Positions 1 through 8,298 of a DNA stretch of 64,000 nucleotides are shown here, one piece after another. The notes under the pieces are model-generated. The model was not told the DNA's origin, did no database searches, and saw nothing but the letters and a program-made list of their open reading frames with translations. The DNA is from an uncultured Saprospiraceae bacterium (GTDB taxonomy: Bacteria > Bacteroidota > Bacteroidia > Chitinophagales > Saprospiraceae). The first letter of the stretch is position 1, and every line of letters begins with the position of its first letter. The position numbers were made by a program, and so were the translations under genes. The stretch is from assembly GCA_937974625.1 (NCBI GenBank), contig CALJVJ010000113.1:2854-66853 (forward strand), given 5' to 3'.

Positions 1-933
1 ACTTTAGTTCATTGGATAGATGCAGGGGCAAAAAAAGCAGAAGGAGAAAGCGACCCATTAGCAAGTTACGATAAAACTGCTCCAACATGGGACCACGGTG
101 AGCCAGATTTGAAATTCACCTTAAACAAAGAAGAAATTCCTGCTAACGGAATCATTGACTATAAATACCAAGAAATCGATATTAATATAGATAAAGATAT
201 TTGGGCAACTGGTTTCCAAGTATTACCTGGTAATCGAGAAGTATTACATCACGTTTTGGTTAGCGTAATTTATCCTGATGGTTTCAAAGAACCAATTGAC
301 AGAAGAAGTCCTTGGTTGGATGGTTTATTGGCTGCATGGGCACCGGGTGGTGAAACAGAAGTTTTCCCAGCAAATACAGGGAGAGTGATTCCAAAAGGGT
401 CCAAATTACACTTCCAAATGCACTATACTACTAATGGTAAAGTACAAACTGACCAATCAACAGTTGGTCTGTACTACACAGATAAAAAACCAGAAAATGA
501 GTATTTAATGGTTGGTGCTTTCAATACCAATTTACAAATACCACCAAACGAAGAAAATTATGAAAATAAAGCCAAGCAATTGTTTGAACATGATGCTACG
601 ATTTATGCTTTATTCCCGCATATGCACTTCCGTGGAAAGGCGATGAGGTTTACGGCTTTGTATCCTGATGGCACAAAAGAAGTTTTATTGAATGTACCAA
701 ATTACAGTTTCAACTGGCAAAGAGGATACAACTTTAAAACGCCTAAAAAAGTACCTGCTCGAACCGTCGTTTATGTAGATGCCGTATTCGATAATTCTAA
801 AAATAATAGCTTTAATCCTGCACCTGAAAAGACGGTTTATTGGGGAGATTTCTCTTTCGATGAAATGTTGATTGGGTACATGAGTTTTGAGTATGATAAA
901 GATAGAAAAGAAGGGACGTTGTCTATGAAATAA
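1..933 (+). CDS. Copper type II ascorbate-dependent monooxygenase-like (PHM/DBH-fold) domain protein, C-terminal part; 5' end lies outside the window
   Basis: Frame 1 is open from nt 1 (TLVHWIDAGAKKAEG... precedes the TTG listed at 109), so the gene is cut by the window edge. The translation has PHM/DBH-like copper ligand spacing: LHHVLV (HH), LHFQMHY (H), FPHMHFRG (HxH), DEMLIGYM (M). The LVHWIDAGA segment resembles the end of cytochrome-c-type domains often fused to such proteins. Confidence 0.6.
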   Translation, partial: TLVHWIDAGAKKAEGESDPLASYDKTAPTWDHGEPDLKFTLNKEEIPANGIIDYKYQEIDINIDKDIWATGFQVLPGNREVLHHVLVSVIYPDGFKEPIDRRSPWLDGLLAAWAPGGETEVFPANTGRVIPKGSKLHFQMHYTTNGKVQTDQSTVGLYYTDKKPENEYLMVGAFNTNLQIPPNEENYENKAKQLFEHDATIYALFPHMHFRGKAMRFTALYPDGTKEVLLNVPNYSFNWQRGYNFKTPKKVPARTVVYVDAVFDNSKNNSFNPAPEKTVYWGDFSFDEMLIGYMSFEYDKDRKEGTLSMK

Positions 934-965
934 CAGAATCGATAAAATATAAGTTATTATAAAAA

Positions 966-1016
966 ATAAGCCTTGGATTTGGTACTTTTACACCTATTCA
1001 GGGCTTATTTTTTTTT
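966..1016 (+). terminator. Rho-independent-like terminator after the monooxygenase-like gene
   Basis: ATAAGCC (966-972) pairs with GGCTTAT (1002-1008) and is followed by a run of 9 T (1008-1016). Confidence 0.5.
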
Positions 1017-1026
1017 GTTTTAAGAA

Positions 1027-1091
1027 GTAGCTTAGACCTCTGGTCTGAGTAGCTTTAGCGCACAACTACTCAGACCAGAGGTCTAAGCTAC
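1027..1091. repeat. Perfect 26-bp inverted repeat (hairpin) with 13-nt loop
   Basis: GTAGCTTAGACCTCTGGTCTGAGTAG (1027-1052) is the exact reverse complement of CTACTCAGACCAGAGGTCTAAGCTAC (1066-1091). Each arm contains the nested palindrome AGACC-TCT-GGTCT. Confidence 0.9.
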
Positions 1092-1118
1092 CCTCTTCAT
1101 TTGAAAAATCTTTATAAA

Positions 1119-1475
1119 ATGAAACCTAAAAAACTAATCAAAAAGTGGGTTAAAGCGTTTAATAAAGGAGATGCTAAAAAACTTGCTAAATTTTATCACA
1201 AAGATGCGATAAATCATCAAGTTACAAATGAACCGGTAATTGGAAAAAAAGCTATCTTTAAGATGTTTAACAAAGAATTCAGTCAAGCTGAAATGGTTTG
1301 TATTATAGAAAATATATTTGTGGATAAAGAATGGGGAATTTTAGAATGGAAAGACCCTTTAGGTTTGAGAGGCTGCGGATTTTTTCACATAACTGATAGT
1401 AAAATCAAATTTCAGAGAGGATACTGGGATAAATTATCCTTTCTAAAACAACATAATCTACCAATTCCAAAATAG
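1119..1475 (+). CDS. SnoaL-like / NTF2-fold family protein
   Basis: ORF 1101..1475; I prefer the ATG at 1119 (MKPKKLIKKWVKAFNKGDAKKLAKFYHKDAINHQ...). The WxxAFNxGDxxxLxxxYxxDA opening is typical of SnoaL/ketosteroid-isomerase-like proteins. Confidence 0.6.
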   Translation: MKPKKLIKKWVKAFNKGDAKKLAKFYHKDAINHQVTNEPVIGKKAIFKMFNKEFSQAEMVCIIENIFVDKEWGILEWKDPLGLRGCGFFHITDSKIKFQRGYWDKLSFLKQHNLPIPK

Positions 1476-1483
1476 TACTATTT

Positions 1484-2368
1484 ATGTCAAAACAAGAAGA
1501 TTTAAAACAACTCGTCAAAGAAAAATACAGTCAAATCGCCAACCAGGAACTTAAGGTAAACCTATCTTCTTGTTGCGGTACAGGAGGAAATTCGGAGGAA
1601 GTTTATAATATTATGACCGATGATTATTCGGAATTAAAAGGACATGTTCAAGAAGCAGATTTAGGTTTAGGCTGTGGGCTACCTACCCAATTTGCCAAAA
1701 TCCAGCCAGGGAACACGGTGGTTGATTTAGGGTCAGGTGCAGGAAATGATGCATTTATCGCTCGTCATGAAACAGGGCCAACTGGCAAGGTAATCGGCGT
1801 CGATTTTGTCACAGAAATGATAAAAAAAGCACGGACCAATGCTGATAAAATGGGTTTTAACAATGTCGAATTTAGATATGGCGACATAGAAGATATGCCT
1901 ATTTCCGATGGAACAGTAGATGTGGTAGTCAGTAATTGTGTCCTCAATCTTTTACCAGCCAAAGACAAAATATTTACCGAAATCCAAAGAGTTTTAAAAG
2001 ATGGCGGTCACTTCAGTATTTCTGACATTGTTTTAAAAGGGGAATTACCAGAAGCATTACGCCAAAGCGCGGAAATGTATGCGGGTTGTGTAGCAGGTGC
2101 AATTCAAAAGGAAGATTATTTAAATTTAATAGAGCAAGCAGGGTTTAATAATATCACCATTCAGAAAGAAAAGCCAATTATTATTCCTGATGACATACTT
2201 ATCAATTATTTAGAGGGTGCAGCTTTAGATTCTTTTAAAAATGGAAAAACAGGTATTTTTAGTATTACCGTTTTTGCGCAAAAAGGAGTAGCTAGCTCAA
2301 AATATAAAGCTATTGATTTAGGTTTCGACCAAGGGGCAGTATGTGACCCCAACAGTGGTTGTTGCTAA
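1484..2368 (+). CDS. arsM: Arsenite S-adenosylmethionine methyltransferase (ArsM/AS3MT-like) class I SAM methyltransferase
   Basis: N-terminal KEKYSQIA...SSCCG cysteine pair, SAM motif VVDLGSGAGND, VIGVDF, DVVVSNCVLNL, GGHFSISD, AGCVAGA, and a Cys-rich C-terminus (CDPNSGCC). This is the ArsM pattern. Confidence 0.8.
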   Translation: MSKQEDLKQLVKEKYSQIANQELKVNLSSCCGTGGNSEEVYNIMTDDYSELKGHVQEADLGLGCGLPTQFAKIQPGNTVVDLGSGAGNDAFIARHETGPTGKVIGVDFVTEMIKKARTNADKMGFNNVEFRYGDIEDMPISDGTVDVVVSNCVLNLLPAKDKIFTEIQRVLKDGGHFSISDIVLKGELPEALRQSAEMYAGCVAGAIQKEDYLNLIEQAGFNNITIQKEKPIIIPDDILINYLEGAALDSFKNGKTGIFSITVFAQKGVASSKYKAIDLGFDQGAVCDPNSGCC

Positions 2369-2387
2369 AAATGTATTAAGATTTATA

Positions 2388-2513
2388 TTTTTCACACATA
2401 GTCATATAGTAAAAAACACATAGTAAACATAGTTTTATTTACTAAATGCAACTATCTAGTAGACAAAACTATATTCACTATGTGAAATTACTATTGAGAC
2501 TATGTGTTAAAAA
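2388..2513. repeat. Compound imperfect palindrome built from (C)ACATAGT / ACTATGTG words
   Basis: Outer arms TTTTTCACACATAGTC (2388-2403) and GACTATGTGTTAAAAA (2498-2513) pair at 15 of 16 positions. Inner arms CACATAGTAAACATAGTTTT (2417-2436) and AAAACTATATTCACTATGTG (2465-2484) pair at 18 of 20. There are four forward and several inverted copies of the CATAGT core. Confidence 0.8.
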
Positions 2514-2611
2514 TAAATGCTAAACAATGCCATCAATTTAGCCTCTCCTATATCCTTTAAAGAAATTAGGTGTAAACTAAGATATCCTAACCTTTCTTAC
2601 CTTCAAATTTT

Positions 2612-2629
2612 CTTACCAAAATAAAACCT
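2612..2629 (+). repeat. Copy 1 of recurrent upstream word CTTACCAAAATAAAACCT
   Basis: Identical 18-mer at 22060-22077. The 14-nt core CTTACCAAAATAAA also occurs on the minus strand at 47707-47720. All three copies are upstream of a gene and in its orientation. Confidence 0.7.
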
Positions 2630-2636
2630 CCTTGAT

Positions 2637-3266
2637 TTGAAATACACTACTTTATTAATGCTATTTTCATTCAGTATTTCTTTAGGGTTTTGTCAGTCGT
2701 CCCCTTGTATTGATGATTTAAGCATCATCCCCGAAGTTACCGAAAAAGACAAAAAACTTGCGAATGTCTATCAGCTATTAGACGGCAAATGGAAAGGCCA
2801 ATTCAAAATATACGAGGATAAAAAAAGGAAGAAAAAGAAGACTATTGACTTAAAAAATATTACCACCAAGAACCTAGATAAAAAAGGAATTGAACAAGTT
2901 GGTTATATCGAAGTTGAACAAATTTACACCTCAGAAACGCCTTTCTTTCAACGAGTAGTCATAACGGATTACTATCCTGATCAAGATAAATCTATCGTTG
3001 CAAAAGGAGTAAATAAAGTAATAAATGGAAAATTAATCTGTGTAGTTCTCAAACCTGACGATATCGTCATCCATGATGGGTATTTAGAAAATGAACATAC
3101 GATTATCTGGCAACGTCAAGAAGCCTCTCCCCAAAAGGTAGAATATTTTCGAGAGACGGTGAATAAACAGTTTTATGAAATAGTTGGATGGGGTTATTAT
3201 GAGGGGGATGACTTGGAATTATCTCCAAAATTTTGGTTTCATGGAAAATATGAACGACAGGAATAA
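2637..3266 (+). CDS. Hypothetical secreted protein or lipoprotein
   Basis: 209-aa ORF with a TTG start and an N-terminal signal-like segment MKYTTLLMLFSFSISLGFCQ. I recognise no family. The start codon is uncertain. Confidence 0.5.
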   Translation: MKYTTLLMLFSFSISLGFCQSSPCIDDLSIIPEVTEKDKKLANVYQLLDGKWKGQFKIYEDKKRKKKKTIDLKNITTKNLDKKGIEQVGYIEVEQIYTSETPFFQRVVITDYYPDQDKSIVAKGVNKVINGKLICVVLKPDDIVIHDGYLENEHTIIWQRQEASPQKVEYFRETVNKQFYEIVGWGYYEGDDLELSPKFWFHGKYERQE

Positions 3267-3336
3267 AATATATTTTTGTAACAAAAAGATTGTAAAAATT
3301 TCCAAAAACCTGTACAATCTAATTTAAAATCCAATT

Positions 3337-4593
3337 TTAAACTAAAAAATTAAACAACATCCGTTGGTCATTAATCGTCTGATAATCAATGTTATACTTT
3401 TCCATTCTTTTAATCAACCCGTCATAATCCTCTTTCTTTTTCAACTCTAATCCAACCAAAGCAGGACCGGCACTTTTATTATTTTTTCGACTATATTCAA
3501 AATGAGTAATATCATCATTGGGGCCTAATACTTCATTCAAAAACTCTCGTAATGCACCAGCTCTTTGTGGAAATTTAATAATAAAATAATGCTTGATACC
3601 TTCATATAATAAAGACCGTTCTTTAATGTCTTCCATTCTGGTAATGTCATTATTCCCACCACCTATCAAACAGACCACTGTTTTGCCTTTAATTTGTTCT
3701 TGGTAGAAATCTAAGGCGGCAATGGACAGAGCTCCTGCAGGTTCAGCGACAATTGCTTCTTCATTATATAATTCTAAAATAGTCGTACAGACTTTTCCTT
3801 CTGGAACAATCACAATATCACTGAGCACTTGTTGGCAAATTCTAAAATTAAGGTCTCCTACTCTCCGAACTGCTGCACCGTCCACAAATACATCCATTTC
3901 TTTAAGCGTTGTCACTTTCCCTTTTTCAATAGACGTTTTCATACTCGGCGAACCTGCTGGCTCCACCCCAATAATCTTAGTATGTGGACTCATTTGTTTA
4001 AAATAGCTGCCTAAACCCGCCGAAATACCTCCTCCACCAATCGCTACAAATACATAATCTATATCTTTTGGACAATCTTCTAGTATTTCCAAGCCAACCG
4101 TTCCTTGCCCTTCAATTACTTTTTCATCATTAAAAGGATGAATGAATGGCAGTTTATTTTCAGTCGCATCTTTCATCGATTCTGCATAAGAATCATCAAA
4201 GGTATCTCCTATTAAAATGATTTCTACAAAGGATTTACCAAAAGACTTCACCTTATCTATCTTTTGTTTAGGAGTGGTACTGGGCATATATATTTTGCCA
4301 TTCACCTTTAATTCTCGGCAGGCGAAAGCGACTCCTTGTGCGTGGTTCCCTGCACTAGCGCATACAATACCTTTGGCTAATTCCTTTTTGGGCAAACTTG
4401 CCATTTTGTTATATGCTCCTCTAATTTTGTAAGAGCGAACTACCTGTAAATCTTCCCGCTTAAAATAAATTTCAGCATTATACTTATCAGAATAAAACGC
4501 GTTGTGCATTAAAGGCGTTTTAATAGCCACTTTTTTCAAACGCACTTTTGCCTTATAAATATTCTCAACGGAAATTAGTTCCTGCTTTTTCAT
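3337..4593 (-). CDS. ilvA: Threonine ammonia-lyase (threonine dehydratase), PLP-dependent, with C-terminal ACT-like regulatory domain
   Basis: SYKIRGAYNKM (PLP-lysine motif), ASAGNHAQGVA, the GGGG loop (AIGGGGISAG), and a C-terminal regulatory domain of about 90 aa. Confidence 0.9.
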   Translation of the reverse strand: MKKQELISVENIYKAKVRLKKVAIKTPLMHNAFYSDKYNAEIYFKREDLQVVRSYKIRGAYNKMASLPKKELAKGIVCASAGNHAQGVAFACRELKVNGKIYMPSTTPKQKIDKVKSFGKSFVEIILIGDTFDDSYAESMKDATENKLPFIHPFNDEKVIEGQGTVGLEILEDCPKDIDYVFVAIGGGGISAGLGSYFKQMSPHTKIIGVEPAGSPSMKTSIEKGKVTTLKEMDVFVDGAAVRRVGDLNFRICQQVLSDIVIVPEGKVCTTILELYNEEAIVAEPAGALSIAALDFYQEQIKGKTVVCLIGGGNNDITRMEDIKERSLLYEGIKHYFIIKFPQRAGALREFLNEVLGPNDDITHFEYSRKNNKSAGPALVGLELKKKEDYDGLIKRMEKYNIDYQTINDQRMLFNFLV

Positions 4594-4765
4594 CCCTTTT
4601 GGTGTTAGAATTAGTCTTTTGGCAAAAATAATAGAAATTATTTTAATAAAAATTAAACTTTATCATCCTCTTAACATAAAAACTCCAATCATTTTTTTAA
4701 TTTTCCCGTTTCCTCAATTAGCCCTATAAAATTTTATTATCACTAATCAAAAACGAAAGTATTTT

Positions 4766-5590
4766 ATGAATTCAATTAAATTTTTACCCATGAATTTTTT
4801 AAGAGGTATTTCTCTATTATGTCTATTGTGCTTTGCTGTTTCCACTTTTGCACAAGATGCTACGGCAACTAGTTTATACAACAAAGGTTTAGCTAGTTTA
4901 AAAGCCAAAGATTATGAAAATGGTTATACACAAATCGAAGAAGCATTAAAAGCAGCAGAAGCAGAAGGCAATGAAAAAGTAATGAGTATCGCTAAGAAAA
5001 ATGGCGCAAAAGCTGCTTACAACCTAGGCTCTGCAAAGTTAAAGGCAAAATCAATTGACGAAGCGAACACGCTTTTTACAAGAGGATTAGAAATGAATCC
5101 AGCCTATTCGTCTAATATCATGGGCTTGGCTCAAGTTTTAGATGCAAAAGGAGAAAAAGTAGCGGCTGTTAAAAAATACTTTGAAGCAATTGATTTAGCT
5201 AAAAAGAATGGCAAAGAAAAAACGGCAACTAGCATGACAAAAAGAGCTGCTGGCGTAATTTCTAAATTATATAAGGCTAAAGATTATACTCAATTGGTGG
5301 AAGCTGGAAAAGCTTACCTTGCTTTTGATGACAATTCTAGAGTGAACTATTATGTAGCTAAATCTTATGAAAAGCAAAAAGATAATGCGAGTGCGGTTCC
5401 CTTTATCAACAAAGCGGTAGAGTTAGCTGCAGCCACAGGAAAGCCAGTAAAAGATTCCTATCTTTGGGCACAAGGAAATATATTAGAGGCAGCTGGTAAT
5501 AAGGCGGATGCAAAAGCAGCTTACCAAAAGATTACAGGTGAAAAATATAAAGCCAACGCTGATTTTAGAATTAAAGAGCTTGAAAAATAA
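4766..5590 (+). CDS. Secreted TPR-repeat protein
   Basis: Signal peptide (LLCLLCFAVSTFAQ) followed by Ala/Lys-rich TPR-like helical repeats (YNKGLASLKAKDYENG, YNLGSAKLKAKSIDEA...). Confidence 0.65.
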   Translation: MNSIKFLPMNFLRGISLLCLLCFAVSTFAQDATATSLYNKGLASLKAKDYENGYTQIEEALKAAEAEGNEKVMSIAKKNGAKAAYNLGSAKLKAKSIDEANTLFTRGLEMNPAYSSNIMGLAQVLDAKGEKVAAVKKYFEAIDLAKKNGKEKTATSMTKRAAGVISKLYKAKDYTQLVEAGKAYLAFDDNSRVNYYVAKSYEKQKDNASAVPFINKAVELAAATGKPVKDSYLWAQGNILEAAGNKADAKAAYQKITGEKYKANADFRIKELEK

Positions 5591-5618
5591 TCGTTTTAAT
5601 TTCTTTAGTTACCAACAA

Positions 5619-5658
5619 AAAAGCTTTCAGGATAATAAATTCTGAAAGCTTTTTTTTT
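5619..5658 (+). terminator. Rho-independent terminator
   Basis: AAAAGCTTTCAG (5619-5630) pairs with CTGAAAGCTTTT (5642-5653) and is followed by a T-run to 5658. Confidence 0.75.
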
Positions 5659-5848
5659 GTTATTTTTTTTAAAAAATAATAATACTCGATAAAGGATAAT
5701 AATCTGCTACATTATGTTACCATTCCTTAAAACCCTAGTCTTAAACAATGTTATCTTTAATCTGTTAAAATTATAAAGAAAGCAAAAATTTATTACCTTT
5801 AATTCGCTATAATCACAAGACTATTAAAAAATTACACAATCCATAAAT

Positions 5849-8158
5849 ATGAGTTTGAATCCACCATCATTCAAAGAATATTCTCCAGCCTTGATGTCTA
5901 TCCTACCTATGCTTTATGCTGCTTGGTCGGATATGGTATTAACACCAAGTGAAGTTAAATATTTATCTAAGAAAGTTGATACCTTAAATTTCCTTTCCGA
6001 AGGGGAACAAGATATGGTCAAGCGATGGATGAATCCTCGGAATCCGCCCTCTCGTCAATTATTCTTGCATTGGGAAACAACCATAGTTACTGCTGCTAAA
6101 AAATTGCCTGTCAAATCCAGAAAATCTTTAGTTGATTTAGGATTGGCAATGGCACAAAAAAGTGCAAAAGCGAACAAATTAACCAATTGGGATAACAAAG
6201 AGGTAAAAGCAGTACTGGAGGATTTAGAAGAAAAATTAAATCTAGTAACTTGGGATACCTACCAACGAATTTTTCCTGAAGAAGCGCCTGACTTAGAACA
6301 TAGTCATGCTTTTGAAATAGAAAGTATGACCAAAAAGCTGGATGGGGACACCCATGAATTAAGAAATAAAGTAAAACGCTTTTTTCAAGACCCCGTTTTC
6401 AATTATAAACCATTACCGACCAAAAGTAAAAAACGAAAAGCAGTATTGAAGTGGACGCAAATGATGGCAGACCAAGGCTATGGTAGTTCTGCTTTTCCAA
6501 AAGAATACGGTGGTTGGGATAGCATGAAAGACTACTTAGCAGTCTTTGAAACTTCAGGATATTTTGACCTAAGTCTAAGTATTAAATTCGGAGTTCATTT
6601 TGGCTTATTTGGTGGTAGTGTGTTCTGGTTAGGTACAAAAAAACATCATGACAAGTATTTGAAAGATATTGGTACGATGGCATTACCCGGCTGTTTTGCG
6701 ATGACGGAAACAGGACATGGTTCTAACGTTAGAGGATTAGAAGTTACAGCAACTTATGACGCCAATACTGATGAAATCGTAGTCAACTCCCCTAATCTGC
6801 AATCAGGTAAAGAGTATATTGGAAATGCTTTAGATAGTAAAATGGCTTCCGTTTTTTGTCAATTAATTGTGAACGGTGAAAGTCATGGAGTACATGCAGT
6901 ATTAGTAAGATTAAGAGATGATAATCACAAATTATTACCGGGAATTAAAGTAAAAGATAACGGCTATAAGCTTGGGTTGAATGGTGTAGATAACGGTAGA
7001 ATTTGGTTCGACAATGTTAGAGTATCCAGAGAGAATCTACTAAATAGGTATGGTTCTATTAATGATAAAGGCGAATACGAAAGCCCGATTGCTAATCCTT
7101 CGAGACGATTTTTTACAATGCTAGGAACTTTAGTTGGTGGAAGGGTTGGTGTACCAAAAGCGGGCCTAAGTGCGGCTAAATCAGGTTTAAGTATTGCGAT
7201 TAAGCACGCATTAAAAAGAAGGCAGTTTGGACATAGTACCACTGCACCTGAAATGCTCTTATTAGACTATCCAAGTCATCAGCGTAGATTGATGCCATTA
7301 TTGGCAAAAAGTTATGCCTTGACTTTTGCCTTAAACTATTTGTGTGAGCGGTACGTCAATCGAAGTGAAGAGGATATTCGAGAAATAGAAACTTTAGCTG
7401 CGGGTATGAAATCGTATGCCACTTGGTTTACAACCGAAACCTTGCAAGAGTGTCGGGAAGCCTGCGGAGGAAAAGGCTATTTAGCCGAGAACCGATTAGC
7501 CGATTTAAAAGCCGATTCTGACATCTTTACCACCTTTGAGGGTGACAATACGGTTTTAATGCAATTGGTGGCAAAAGGAGTCCTGACTACCTTCAAAGAA
7601 ACTTTCCATGATGAAGGAATGATGGGCATTTTACGATTTGCTGGAAAAAGAGTAGGAACTACCTTAGGAGAGAAAAATCCATTAGCGATTAGAAATACGG
7701 ATAAAGAACATTTATTGAGCACTGATTTTCAAGTTTCCGCTTTTAAATATAGAGAAGATACCTTGACTTATAGTGTTGGTCAGCGAATTCGGGGTTTAAT
7801 CAAAAATGGAATGAGTTCTTATGATGCTTTTTTAAGGTGTCAAACCCAGTTGCTAGCTTTAGCCAATGCTTTTGTGGAAGTTAAAGTATTAGAACACTTT
7901 TTGATTGCAATAGAAAAGGAGGAGAACAAGGATTTACAAAATGCTTTGAAAAAACTTTGTAATTTATATGCACTACATACAATTGAATCTCATAAAGGTT
8001 GGTATTTAGAAGTAGATTATATGGCTGGAGCTAAAACAAAGGCCATTAGAAGAGCAGTAGATGATTTATGTACAGAAGTGCGAAAAGATGCTTTGTGTTA
8101 CATTGAAGCATTTGGAATCCCTGATGATTTGTTGGGGGCTCCAATTGCCATTGGGTAA
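5849..8158 (+). CDS. Acyl-CoA oxidase-like acyl-CoA dehydrogenase superfamily protein with an N-terminal extension of about 170 aa
   Basis: AMTETGHGSNVRGLEVTATYD closely matches the ACOX signature. Also present are GLNGVDNGRIWFDNVRV and a C-terminal ACOX-type helical domain. The N-terminal 170 aa have no counterpart in classical ACOX. Confidence 0.8.
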   Translation: MSLNPPSFKEYSPALMSILPMLYAAWSDMVLTPSEVKYLSKKVDTLNFLSEGEQDMVKRWMNPRNPPSRQLFLHWETTIVTAAKKLPVKSRKSLVDLGLAMAQKSAKANKLTNWDNKEVKAVLEDLEEKLNLVTWDTYQRIFPEEAPDLEHSHAFEIESMTKKLDGDTHELRNKVKRFFQDPVFNYKPLPTKSKKRKAVLKWTQMMADQGYGSSAFPKEYGGWDSMKDYLAVFETSGYFDLSLSIKFGVHFGLFGGSVFWLGTKKHHDKYLKDIGTMALPGCFAMTETGHGSNVRGLEVTATYDANTDEIVVNSPNLQSGKEYIGNALDSKMASVFCQLIVNGESHGVHAVLVRLRDDNHKLLPGIKVKDNGYKLGLNGVDNGRIWFDNVRVSRENLLNRYGSINDKGEYESPIANPSRRFFTMLGTLVGGRVGVPKAGLSAAKSGLSIAIKHALKRRQFGHSTTAPEMLLLDYPSHQRRLMPLLAKSYALTFALNYLCERYVNRSEEDIREIETLAAGMKSYATWFTTETLQECREACGGKGYLAENRLADLKADSDIFTTFEGDNTVLMQLVAKGVLTTFKETFHDEGMMGILRFAGKRVGTTLGEKNPLAIRNTDKEHLLSTDFQVSAFKYREDTLTYSVGQRIRGLIKNGMSSYDAFLRCQTQLLALANAFVEVKVLEHFLIAIEKEENKDLQNALKKLCNLYALHTIESHKGWYLEVDYMAGAKTKAIRRAVDDLCTEVRKDALCYIEAFGIPDDLLGAPIAIG

Positions 8159-8186
8159 TATATATTTTATAAATAAGACTAAAAAA

Positions 8187-8218
8187 AGCTTCCAGTACTA
8201 AATGTGCTGGAAGCTTTT
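8187..8218. terminator. Bidirectional hairpin terminator between convergent genes
   Basis: AGCTTCCAG (8187-8195) pairs with CTGGAAGCT (8207-8215). There is an A-run upstream and T's downstream. Confidence 0.6.
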
Positions 8219-8298
8219 ATATTTTTAAATAGTAATTTTAAGTCAAGACAATTGGGTATTGAATACTAGGTTGAAAAACCTGAAACGTACTGCCTATG

